Source of the DNA: Haliotis rufescens
Lineage: Eukaryota
NCBI RefSeq assembly: GCF_023055435.1
Contig: NW_025963968.1
Coordinates: 5,766,001-5,830,000, forward strand
Reading direction: 5' to 3'
DNA: 64,000 nucleotides
Shown here: piece after piece, positions 35,917 to 48,880 of the stretch
How positions within the stretch are numbered: position 1 is the first letter of the stretch
Layout of the letters: each line of letters opens with the position of its first letter
Notes under the pieces: model-generated
What the model was told of the DNA's origin: nothing
Seen by the model: only the letters and a program-made list of their open reading frames with translations
Database searches by the model: none
Position numbers and translations under genes: made by a program

Positions 35917-38900
35917 AGTGGGCGGAGCTTATACGAGTGATCTGACAGGTCAATATGACGTCATGATAACACACGCACTTCATTGGTCACGTGGTCTTGT
36001 GTATGGCGGCTGTTGTGAATCTGCTCTGAGAAAAAAATTTCTGGATACCGGACTTCGGGACTGTTTTGGACACGTTTTTGTGGTGAATATACACGTTTAT
36101 TGTACACTCTAACGTATCAGTGGATATGGGTATCGATATTGTTGCATGGAGGGTTAAAATAGGATGTTTCAATCCTCACCACACTCGTCCACATGGTATG
36201 CACCCCGGTATAACACTACCCGAGGGGACACGTCTCGGGCTGAGATTTTTCTATTGACTATGACTATGTACTCATCAGTTAAGGCATGTATCAAGACAGA
36301 TAAAGGAATCACTGAATGTTTCAGAACCTCAGCTGGTGTAAGACAGGGCTGTGTACTCAGCCCTGTCCTATTTATATTTTTCATAAATGAACTTGTAACT
36401 GAAATGTATCATGAATGTGATTACGGAGTTTTTGTGTCACAAGATATAATTGATATAATGCTGTTACTATTTGCTGATGATATTGCTTTATTATCATTTT
36501 CAGTTAGTGGCCTCCAGAAACAGTTAAATGTTCTCCAGCTATATTGTGAGAAATGGGGCCTTGAAGTCAATTTGAAAAAGACAAATGTTATTGTTTTCAG
36601 AAAAGGTGGTATTCTAAATAAATTTGAAAAATGGACGTATTGTAACAATACTGTCAATATTGTTTCATATTATAAATGTTTAGGATTGATTGTATCTTCT
36701 CGATTAGCATGGTCAACAGCTTGTAAGCAGTTGGCTCTGCAAGCATCTAAAGCCTTGATTCCTGTCTATAGAGTTTTTAAAGAAAACAAATTTATATCTT
36801 TCCGAGTTGTTTCGGACATTTTTGACAGACAAATAGCACCAATTCTGCTGTATGGTTCAGAAATATGGGGATGTCATTATAATGATTCCATAGAAAAAAT
36901 TCATGCCATGTACTTTAAACGTTTTTTAGGTGTCGGTAAATATGCCTCTAATAAAGCCATTCTAGGAGAAACTGGTCGTACCAGTCTTTTTGTTTCATCC
37001 CAGCTACGGGCAGTTAAATATTGGATAAAGCTACTTCGTATGAATTCAAATAGATTTCCTTTTCATTGTTATAATATGTTAAAAGCCTTGGATGAAAAGG
37101 GTAAATATTGTTTATGGGTGTCTGATATCAGAAATATTCTTTGTATGTCTGGTTTTTCTCTTGCATAAATATCTCAAGATGTTGGAAATGATAAACTATT
37201 TATCTTCATGCTTAAGGAAAGATTAGTTGATATATTTTCACAAGATTGGCTCTGTCAAATATCATCCTCAAGGTTTTTATGCCATTATACGAATATCAAA
37301 TCTTTACTTGTTCCTGAAAAATATGTATCTGTACTTCAGGATAGAACTTTGAGAAGATCTTTGTGTAAATTACGTATATCATTACATAATTTTAATGTTA
37401 ACAATCTCAGAAAGAAAAATGTACAAGATAAAGAAAGTAGTTTATGCCGTTATTGTAATGAAGGCTATGTTGAGGATGAGTTTCATGTACTTCTCATTTG
37501 TAAATATTATCAGTTTCTTAGAAATAGATACCTCCCTATGATTTCAACTATGTACAAAGATGAACAACTGATGAGAAATTTGTTGAACTCCTGCAATGCA
37601 AATACAATATCATCTCTGTCAATATTCCTGAAGAAGATTTTTGAAATTAGATGTTAATAATTTATGTAAACTTATTATTACCTACACGTGACTGTACAAT
37701 GTTGATACAAAAAAACAACACTACTGTACTATAGGTCATATGGCCTAAAATATTGAATAAACTTCTGTGTGTGTGTCTGTCTGCATTTCATTGGTTAACG
37801 CGTAAACGGGTGACGTCATGTAAACACCCACCCGCGTGGACCGTTTGACAACAAGGACGTAAGTTTTAATGGTAATAAATATCTATCAAACGATTCCAAG
37901 ACTTTTCAACAAACGCGTAGGTCTTTGGTTTAAAAACCTACCTCCCATGTCGTCTTCACATCTTCATAAAATGATAGCGCGGAATGTCCACGATTTATCC
38001 AACGCAGTCCAACACAGAACTTATAGATGTTCTCGTTCTGAGCTATATTCTAGATCTCTGGACGAGAACGAAATACGTTTGTCGTGATCAATATGAGCAG
38101 TGTTATTGAACAAAAGACATGTTAAGTGTTACGGCACCAATCGTTATCCTGTGGTGTACGGTATATCTGCAGTTTATAGATAACATTTCTCACAATATAT
38201 ACGGCAATCGGTGATTTCAACAGTGTTTTTCTTCGTTGTGTTCGTCTTGCCGCATCTGGAATCTGGATGACAATGATCGTGTAAAAAACCCTGGTAATGG
38301 TAAAAAATATTTTCAAAGTAGTTTTTTGTCGTTTCCGTGACATTTTTTTATTGCCCAGTAGCAATGTATTTTGGCAAAGTCACACTTGTCCGATGAAGCT
38401 CCTCATGCCGAAGTAACTCGATCCGTGAAACTTGGCGGGTCTCAGTGACCCAGATCCCTGTTGATTGGCATGCCAAGTGGCATTTGCATAAGGCCATCCA
38501 TATTTTTTGTATGTGTTTCTCCCCTCAAGCCTCAACTAACCAGAGAGCGGGTGGACGAAATAAAATATATTACTTATCCAAAAATGTCTTTCAATAATTG
38601 TGTAAGTTATTTTAAGACATTTAAAAAAAGGTTTAACACTTCGTACTAGAATCTAGTCTATGAATTAATTTTTGATGTAGATCGATTCGCTTTGCTTCGG
38701 AAACGAATTTTGAATAAACAACGGAACAAAGATAAAGTTGACCTGGTTCTTTTATGATTGTGCAATGGTAGATCTAGTAGTATTTCTTTTAATAGATTTT
38801 CCACAGCGGCAGCAAAATTGAGACACGAAGACATTATATTATTTTACGTCGGAATGGAGACAAAAATGTTAAAATAAGGACAGCCTCACAGACTTCGAAA

Positions 38901-40661
38901 CGATGCTCAGATAAATATTTGTTCACATTAATTCTGTCATGTGCGTGAAAATGGGTTTCAACATTATTTTCATCAAGCTTACATTCAGGTCGCTGGCTAC
39001 TTCGGCATTAACACATGTTATGTCTCGAAGCTCAAAGCAACAATGTTTCTCTCAGATACATTTTTCTCTCCATCCATGACGACCATCTGTCATAATGTCA
39101 ATGCCTCAACAATCTTCCCGGGCAGTTGAATTCAACGATGTAATACACACTGCCTCATTCACGGCGTCATCGCAAAGATTCCTTCCAAATACCTACCACG
39201 TGATCAGAGTTACGACCTTGGGATAAATTAATAAATTAATTTTGCATTTTTAGAAAAGATTTTTTTTTCGTGAATATTATTATTAAAAAATATCCTGTAC
39301 ATGGTACTTTTGGATTGCACTGCGTATTTCTTTTAATACTTTCTAAAACTTTTTGTTTTCCCCTTTCTGCCCACGCGATCTCCTAGCAACCACGCCCCAT
39401 GAGCGCATCGGGTTGCTGCTTACAACTGTCAAGAACTTTGCAATTTCGCTTGTCTTCAATATGAGAAATAAAACATTTTCATTTGCAGCCTAATTTGACG
39501 AAGAGTTGTTCGAGATAATCAGGGAGCCTTTGGTCATTTCGATTATGACATTGGTGACTTTATCGTGGAGAAAGTTCCAATTCAAGATGACATCATTCCG
39601 ATTCAAAACTCGAATCGACAAGATGGCGCCTCTCTTCCCGCCCTTGCAAGTGCAACGGAAACTTTGATAAATTCAGTGCCGATTCTTGGTATTAGTGAAT
39701 CAGTGTCACAGCTAGATTTCGTTGTGGAACCAGATGAAGCCGAATATGTATGTTCACACGTCTTTTGTCAACCATGCGTGACACGGCACAGGCAATCGCA
39801 GTTAGGGAACGGTGCGGCCACCCTGTTGCAGAAATTCGTCGATTCGAACACATTGCTTCTGGACTGGGCTGAATAAACGAAGTGTTTGGAGAGATCGTAG
39901 ATACTTGGACTTGAAGAAACGGAATTAAACGTTGCAGCAGATGAAGGATTGGTGTGGACAAAACGGGAAAGGGATCCCAGATTGTATTTTAAAACTTGTG
40001 CGCGAAGTGTATCCAAATACCCCGAACAAAAAATACATGGGACAAGTGAGGATCTAATGATCAAACTCAGTTTTGTGTGAAAATTCTGTGAAAGAAAAGG
40101 AAAATCATAATTAAAGTTGTCTTGGAATATGTGTATTGGAATTTTTTGTTTATCGTAAGTACAATATTATCTGGATATGCCTTCTGTAGGTCAAAACATC
40201 TAGTATATTTCGTTACTTATTTACCAGTTGCTTATGTGCATTGTTATGTTGATACACGTGACATATTCATCTAATGTAGTCAAGTAGAGAAATATTGGCG
40301 TAACTTCTGGTGCTTCAAATTAGGCCCCTTCCTAAGCACTAGTTGAAACATCTGTGTAATAATTTAAGTTTTATGAATATAAACTGATTATTGTGTGGCA
40401 CAAATTCAACTGTTGAATGCAAATGACCAAAACTAAACAAATATCTGTAATTTTCGGATTGAACTGATAGAATCGCTATGTCAATTTCGTATTTAAGTAT
40501 CGATACTGTTACATTAACCGAAACTGATGTTCTGCTGCTGTTCTGCCGTAAAAATATACAACACAATACACTTTGACCACAAATGCATTGAATGTGTCAC
40601 ATGTATACATGACCATGTGCTTTGCTATTTATAGCGCAACAGTAAATAAGCTCCGCCCACT
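35917..40661. mobile_element. Element bounded by 16-bp inverted repeats (agtgggcggagcttat); probable degraded DNA transposon, shorter versions in the other spacers (e.g. 44058-45638)
   Basis: IRs at 35917-35932 and 40646-40661. No TSD found. A decayed Cys-rich ORF remnant (CSHVFCQPCVT) lies near 39565-40040. Confidence 0.45.
35988..37782 (+). mobile_element. RTEX-like LINE insertion (partial RT plus CCHC finger), 13-bp TSD
   Basis: GVRQGCVLSP, LLFADD, LLYGSEIWG, CRYC...EFHVLLIC. One in-frame TAA at 37166 splits the ORF. AATAAA plus a (tg)/(tctg) tail. TSD gcacttcattggt 35975-35987 / gcatttcattggt 37783-37795. The site is empty in the other spacers. Confidence 0.9.
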
Positions 40662-42363
40662 GTGATTGATGCAGACGCCAAACACGATCGATTCGATTTT
40701 TTATGATAAAACTACAGAAAATTTATTGACTTATATCTTCATATGGAGCCATTTGTTGTATCCATGGTTTGTCATTCAAGTTGATACGAAGTTTGACGGT
40801 CAATGGTGATCTGGTTCCCGTATGGTTTTCAAAAAACGTCTCCCGACACTCGGTTGTGTTTACATTGTCAGTCATTGTTCGAAACTGAAACACCGCCACC
40901 TTGCGGGCTATTTATAGTAGGGTGGGGCTTTAAACACTTTTCCATAAGTATGAAAGTGACCATTTCAAGTTGGAAATCTTATAAAATTACATTCAGGAAT
41001 CATTCATCAGCTGTATACGATGTCAACATTAAAGCAATTCATTTTTTTATCTTGTCACGGGTTGTTCTAGGCAAAACTATAGTTCTACACACTGTTCATT
41101 CCTTAAAATCTTTGTATGACAGGCACTCGTGTTAGTCACTGTCAATGAATATGTAATTGTAGTTAAATCTATTGATGAACCTGTAATTGTTTTTGTCTAA
41201 ATTCTGCCTCGGGATATTTTCATCTCTTTGATGGGTACAAGGAGGCTTGATTTATGATGGACGTCTTGTTATATGTAAGAACATAGTAGCATTTCATTCT
41301 TACATCACAAACGAATTTGACTGTCCAACCAATACAGGCATGGTATTGTCAGGGTAAGTTGCATGACAGTGACCACTGTGACGTCACTGTGTCACGATGC
41401 TCCCGGCTGGCGTATAAAAGTATTCCTCATTTCTCTGGACACCATCATTCTCCAATTGTAGCCACAGAGAAGCAGCAACAGGTGAGCCAACTGTTCGTTA
41501 TATTTTCTTTTCAATTTATCTTTTCTTGTATACCGACTGTGGAGTCTAATATCGCTTGTATACTTGATGTATTCACGTGTCATGTTCTTCAGCATCCTTA
41601 TATTATTGTGTATTAAGTACCTGTCCGTTAGAGATCGCCTCGTGGAAACAGCGGAAGGTCCGGGCTTCGATCCTTGGCAACGTCAAACCAAAATTTATAA
41701 AAAAGACTATACTTGTTACCCTGTCTGGCGCTCGGCATTAAAGGGCCAAAGCAAGGAGTGGTCGGCTCAGAGTCAGTATACTGTGTCTGAGTGTGGTATT
41801 CATGTCAAGGGACGACCGGGTAGCCCAGTGGTTAAAGCTCATAAGAAATATCGGGTAAAAGCAGAGTCCATTTTGCGATTCAGACAACATACATTGCTAA
41901 AAGCGGCGTAAAACCATACTCACTCACTCACTATTCATGTTAAACTGCGGCAATGCCAGTGGGCTAGCACTATAACATCGGCATTAGTCCGGACTAGTAC
42001 AAGAAAACACACACAAACACACACGTGTATACATGTCACTACATGAGTGCAATAATTTTGAAAGCGACATTAAACCCCATTTTACCTCACCACCTGTTCG
42101 TTAGATGTAAATATCTGTGTGCGAATGTGTCATTTGTTAGCTTTCATAAAATCTCAGTCAGTCAATGTAAATAGTAAACTCTGAACCAAAGCAAATATAA
42201 TAGTCGCCTAACCATAACTACACCTCAAAGTGTGTTGTCATTATGTTTGTTGATATAACTTGCATTAAATATTACTTTTCAATATACTATATCATCTTGC
42301 ATTTAACATTAATGTTCGTTATACATTCACTTTTACAGAACAGAAATTACAACCACCCGAATC

Positions 42364-43219
42364 ATGAGGACGGCTATAATTCTACCTGCTGCCATCCTGG
42401 CCTGTTTGTGTGTCATAAGTGATGCCCGTTACATTCGTAAGTATTGAAGTCAATCGCATCGTCATACTCATTACCCGGCGCAAAAAAATATGAAATTTAT
42501 TGATGTCCCTCTGAGTCGTTTAACTACTCATTACCTCTAGCAAATATTGGGTATTCTTCCTTATTCCTGACTGTTGACCTCCTATCATCAGTGTGTTTTA
42601 ACAATGATTCGTTGATGGAAATCGTTATGATTTTATTGTCTCCATCCTTCTGGACTTTCATGGGCCATACACACCATCATGCATACCTCTGAGGAACTGA
42701 CGGCAGAGGACCAATATAGTTGTTAAACCGTTGGCTGTTCAATCTCAAAACTTTGTTTCCGACATTGAAACAATGTGGGACACCCTTTCTTTTGTGATCG
42801 TAGAAGTCATGTTGCCGAAAACGCCATACTCACTCTAATACCTAGGCGATTTAATTCCAGGTGCCTCAGGATTGCAAGTGCAGCCCAGGACTGTCAAAGG
42901 GTATGCCAACCAACAACCCAGGGTGATTATCATCAACCAAGACAGACCTAGGCAGGCTGCACGGGTACCTACTGCTGCACGATCTGGATACGCACCACGA
43001 CACGGCAACGGATACAACAACTTCCTCAACGACTACCTCCTTGCTGATGCCCTTGATATCAACCATCCCGGTCTATTGCACGGCTTCAACCAGATTGCCT
43101 CCCCTTACGCCCCCTCCGCCCGTACAGGTAGAAACAGCTACGACCCTCTCTACGCTGCGCTCATCTTGGACCAGCTTGACGCTCAGCCAATTGGAGCCAG
43201 CTCCGCCATCGTTGGTTAG
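42364..43219 (+). CDS. Gene C2, 143 aa, join(42364..42436,42861..43219)
   Basis: Same structure as C1, intact frame. Confidence 0.9.
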
Positions 43220-43654
43220 ATGATGTGCTTTTAACGAAAAATGTTTTCTCGGAGTGACATGAGACGGATTTTTTTTAGTTTTGAGTTTTTGAGATTATCC
43301 TTTTGTGTCATGGTTTCTGTCTAATGAAATAAAATGTTTAATTGATTACCTTGCATTCATTGTTATCGATTGTTCCACCACACTCACTGTATCGGTATGG
43401 TCTTGAATGTATGTATACATATGTATATTTATATGGCACTACTTGTAAATGGGGTGAGAATATTAAAGAGAATTTCATCGCACCGAACACATCATACGAA
43501 CATACACTACACACTATGAATCACACAGCACATTACACATTATACATTATACATTAAGGTCATACACTACAAGTTAAGTCAAAGCACGTGATGCAGGGAA
43601 GACATATGTACATATGCTCACACTTATAGACATAGATATGTTCAGTGCATTGGT

Positions 43655-43709
<55 letters not shown>

Positions 43710-44392
43710 TATACATATAGATATGCCTATATTTTATTGACATTAGTGATAAATACTTTTCAATTGAAGGATATTCGCAGTTATATATTTATAAACATAA
43801 TGTGCATATTCTATTTTCTCTACTTACATTGTGCCATTGAGTTAAGCTTAAACCGAGGTTTTCAGGTAATGATGGTATGGTTCAATGATTTGTAACTATT
43901 TAAACATAAATAATAATGATAATAATAATAATAATAATAATAATAATTCTATAATACTACATATAATTCATTACACACCATGCATTGCACTTATATAATT
44001 ACACACCATGCATTACACTTATATAATTACCCACTCTCAATCACACTACCGCACTCTAGTGGGCGGAGCTTATACGAGTGATCTGACAGGTCAATATGAC
44101 GTCTTGATAACACACGCATTTCATTGGTTAATGCCTAACGGGTGACGTCATTTAAACACCCACCCACGTGGACCGTTTGACAACAAGGACGTAAGTTTTA
44201 AAAGTAATAAATATCTATCAAACGATTCCAAGACTTTTCAACAAACGCGTAGGTCTTTGGTTTCAAAACCTTCCTCCCATGTCGTCTTCACACCTTCATA
44301 AAATGATAGCGCGGAATGTCCACGATTTATCCAACGTACTCCAACACAGAACTTATAGATGTTCTCGTTCTGAGCTATATTCTAGATCTCTG

Positions 44393-44506
44393 GACCCGGT
44401 TGTATCAAAGCCTCATTAACTAATCGCTACATTAAACCCTAATGATACATTAAATGCTTAATGCACCATTAGTTAATGCATCATTAAAGTTTGATACAAC
44501 CGGGTC
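44393..44506. mobile_element. 114-bp PIF/Harbinger-type MITE (also 49561-49674, 54728-54841, 59896-60009)
   Basis: TIR gacccggttgtatcaaa, 3-bp TSD CTG. Empty site at 38058-38060 in the first spacer. Confidence 0.8.
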
Positions 44507-47500
44507 CTGGACGAGAACGAAATACGTTTGTCGTGATGAATATGAGCAGTGTAATTGAACATAAAACATAATAAGTGTTACGGCATCAATCGTTATCCTG
44601 TGGTGTACGGTATATATGCAGTTTATAAATAACATTTCTCACAATATATACGGCAATCGGTGATTTCAACAGTGTTTTTCTTCGTTGTGTTCGTCTTGCC
44701 GCATCTAGAATCTGGATGACAATGATCGTGTAAAAAACCCTGGTAATGGTAAAAAATATTTTCAAAGTAGTTTTTTGTCGTTTCCGTGACATTTTTTTAT
44801 TGCCCAGTAGCAATGTATTTTGGTCAAAGTCACACTTGTCCGATGAAGCGCCTCATGCCGAAGTAACTCGATCCGTGAAACTTGGCGGATCTCAGTGACC
44901 CAGATCCCTCTTGATTGGCATGCCAAGTGGCATTTGCATAAGGCCATCCATATTTTTTGTATGTGTTTCTCCCCTCAAGCCTCAACTAACCAGAGAGCGG
45001 GTGGACGAAATAAAATATATTACTTATCAAAAAATGTCTTATTTTAAGTTATTTTAAGACATTTAAAAAAAAGGTTTAACACTTCGTACTAGAATCTAGT
45101 CTATGAATTAATTTATGATGTAGATCGATTCGCTTTGCTTCGGAAACGAATTTTGAATAAACAACGGAACAAAGATAAAGTTGACCTGGTTCTTTTATGA
45201 CGGTGCAATGGTAGATCTAGTAGTATTTCTTTTATTAGATCGGTGCGCAATTTTCCACAGCGGCAGCAAAATTGAGACACGAAGACATTATATTATTTCA
45301 CGTCGGAATGGAGATAAAAATATTTTAAAAAATACGGACAGCCTCACAGACTTCGAAATGATGTTCAGATAAATGTTGACTGTTGAATGCAAATGACCAA
45401 AACTAAACAAATATCTGTAATTTTCGGATTGAACTGATAGAATCGCTATGTCAATTTCGTATTTAAGTATCGTTACTGTTACATGAACCGAAACTGATGT
45501 TCTGCTGCTGTTCTGCCGTAAAAATATACAACACAATACACTTTGACCACAAATGCATTCATTTTTTAATGTGTCACATGTATACATGACCATGTGCTTT
45601 GCTATTTATAGCGCAACCGTAAATAAGCTCCGCCCACTGTGATTGATGCAGACGCCAAACACGATCGATTCGATTTTTTATGATAAAACTACAGAAAATT
45701 TATTGACTTATATCTTGATATGGATCCATTTTTGGGATCCATGGTTTGTCATTCAAGTTGATACGAAGTTTGACGGTCAATGGTGATCTGGTTCCCGTAT
45801 GGTTTTCAAAAGACTTCTCCCGACACTCGGTTGTGTTTACATTGTCAGTCATTGTTCGAAACTGAAACACCGCCACCTTGCGGGCTATTTATAGTCAGGG
45901 TGGGGCTTTAAACACTTTTCCATAAGTATGAAAGTGACCATTTCAAGTTGGAAATCTTATAAAATTACATTCAGGAATCATTCATCAGCTGTATAGGATG
46001 TCAACATTAAAGCAATTCATTTTTTCATCTTGTCACGGGTTGTTCTAGGCAAAACTATAGTTTTACACACTGTGCATTCCTTAAAATCTTTGTATGACAG
46101 GCATTCGTGTTAGTCACTGTCAATGAATATGTAATTGTAGTTAAATCTATTGATGAACCTGTTATTGTTTTTGTCTAAATTCTGCCTCGGGATATTTTCA
46201 TCTCGTTGATGGGTACAAGGAGGCTTGATTTATGATGGACGTCTTGTTATATGTAAGAACATAGTAGCATTTCATACTTACATCACAAACGAATTTGACT
46301 GTCCAACCAATACAGGCATGGTATTGTCAGGGTAAGTTGCATGACAGTGACCACTGTGACGTCACTGTGTCACGATGCTCCCTGAAGGATGTCCGGCTGG
46401 CGTATAAAAGTATTCCTCATTTCTCTGGACACCGTCATTCTCCAATTGTAGCCACAGAGCAGCAGCAACAGGTGAGCCAACTGTTTGTTATATTTTCTTT
46501 TCAATTTATCTTTTCTTGTAAACCGACTGTGGAGTCTAATATCGCTTGTATACTTGATGTATTCACGTGTCATGTTCTTCAGCATCCTTATATTATTGTG
46601 TATTAAGTACCTTTCCGTTAGAGATCGCCCCTTGGAAACAGCGGAAGGTCCGGGCTTCGATCCTTGGCCACGTCAAACCAAAATACACAAAAAAGATGAT
46701 ACTTGTTGTTACCCTGTCTGGCGCTCGGCATTAAGGGGCTAAAGCAAGGAGTGGTCGGCTCAGAGTCAGTATACTGTGTCTGAGTGTGGTATTCATGTCA
46801 AGGGACGACCGGGTAGCCTGGTGGTTAAAGCTCATAAGAAATATCCATTGTGCGATTCAGACTACATCATAGGCATATCTTTATGGATCACTATCAGAAG
46901 TGATGATACCAGGTGTTCGCCCTAGGATTTGCAGGGGCGGTCGGGTAGCCCAGTGTTTAAAACGTTCGCTCGTCACGCCGAAGGCCCGGGTTCGATTTCC
47001 GACATGGGTACAATGTGTGAATCCCATTTCTGATGTTCCCCGCCGTGATATTGCTGGAATATTGCTAAAAGCGGCGTAAAACCATACTCACTCACTCACT
47101 ATTCATGTTAAACTGCGGCAATGCCAGTGGGCTAGCACTATAAAATCGGCATTAGTCCGGACTAGTACAAGCAAACACACACAAACACACACGTGCATAC
47201 ATGTCACTATATGAGTGCAATAATTTTGAAAGCGTCATTAAACCCCATTTTACCTCACCACCTGTTCGGGAGATGTAAATATATGTGTGCGAATGTGTCA
47301 TTTGTTAGCTTTCATAAAATCTCAGTCAGTCAATGTAAATGGTAAACTCTGAACCAAAGCAAATATAATAGTCGCCTAACCATAACTACACTTCAACGTG
47401 TGTTGTCATTATGTTTGTTGATATAACTTGCATTAAATATTACTTTTCAATATACTATATCATCTTGCATTGAACATTATTGTTCGTTATACATTCACTT

Positions 47501-47531
47501 TTACAGAACAGAAATTACAACCACCCGAATC

Positions 47532-48391
47532 ATGAGGACGGCTATAATTCTACCTGCTGCCATCCTGGCCTGTTTGTGTGTCATAAGTGATGCCCGTTAC
47601 ATTCGTAAGTATTGAAGTCAATCGCATCGTCATACTCACTACCCGGAGCAAAAAAATATGAAATTTATTGATGTCCCTCTGAGTCGTTTAACTACTCATT
47701 ACCTCTAGCAAATATTGGGTATTCTTCCTTATTCCTGACTGTTGACCTCCTATCATCAGTGTGTTTTAACAATGAATCGTTGATGGAAATCGTTATGATT
47801 TTATTGTCTCCATCCTTCTGGACTTTCATGGGCCATACACACCATCATGCATACCTCTGAGGAACTGACGGCAGAGGACCAATATAGTTGTTAAACCGTT
47901 GGCTGTTCAATCTCAAAACTTTGTTTCCGACATTGAAACAATGTGGGACACCCTTTCTTTTGTGATCGTAGAAGTCATGTTGCCGAAAACGCCATACTCA
48001 CTCACTCTAATACCTAGGCGATTTAATTCCAGGTGCCTCAGGATTGCAAGTGCAGCCCAGGACTGTCAAAGGGTATGCCAACCAACAACCCAGGGTGATT
48101 ATCATCAACCAAGACAGACCTAGGCAGGCTGCACGGGTACCTACTGCTGCACGATCTGGATACGCACCACGACACGGCAACGGATACAACAACTTCCTCA
48201 ACGACTACCTCCTTGCTGATGCCCTTGATATCAACCATCCCGGTCTATTGCACGGCTTCAACCAGATTGCCTCCCCTTACGCCCCCTCCGCCCGTACAGG
48301 TAGAAACAGCTACGACCCTCTCTACGCTGCGCTCATCTTGGACCAGCTTGACGCTCAGCCAATTGGAGCCAGCTCCGCCATCGTTGGTTAG
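47532..48391 (+). CDS. Gene C3, 143 aa, join(47532..47604,48033..48391)
   Basis: Same structure as C1, intact frame. Confidence 0.9.
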
Positions 48392-48826
48392 ATGATGTGC
48401 TTTTAACGAAATATGTTTTCTCGGAGTGACATGAGACGGATTTTTTTGAGTTTTGAGTTTTTGAGATTATGCTTTTGTGTCATGGTTTCTGTCTGATGAA
48501 ATAAAATGTTTAATTGATTACCTTGCATTCATTGTTATCGATTGTTCCACCACACTCACTGTATCGGTATGGTCTTGAATGTATGTATACATATGTATAT
48601 TTATATGGCACTACTTGTAAATGGGGTGAGAATATTAAAGAGAATTTCATCGCACCGAACACATCATACGAACATACACTACACACTATGAATCACACAG
48701 CACATTACACATTATACATTATACATTAAGGTCATACACTACAAGTTAAGTCAAAGCACGTGATGCAGGGAAGACATATGTACATATGCTCACACTTATA
48801 GACATAGATATGTTCAGTGCATTGGT

Positions 48827-48880
<54 letters not shown>

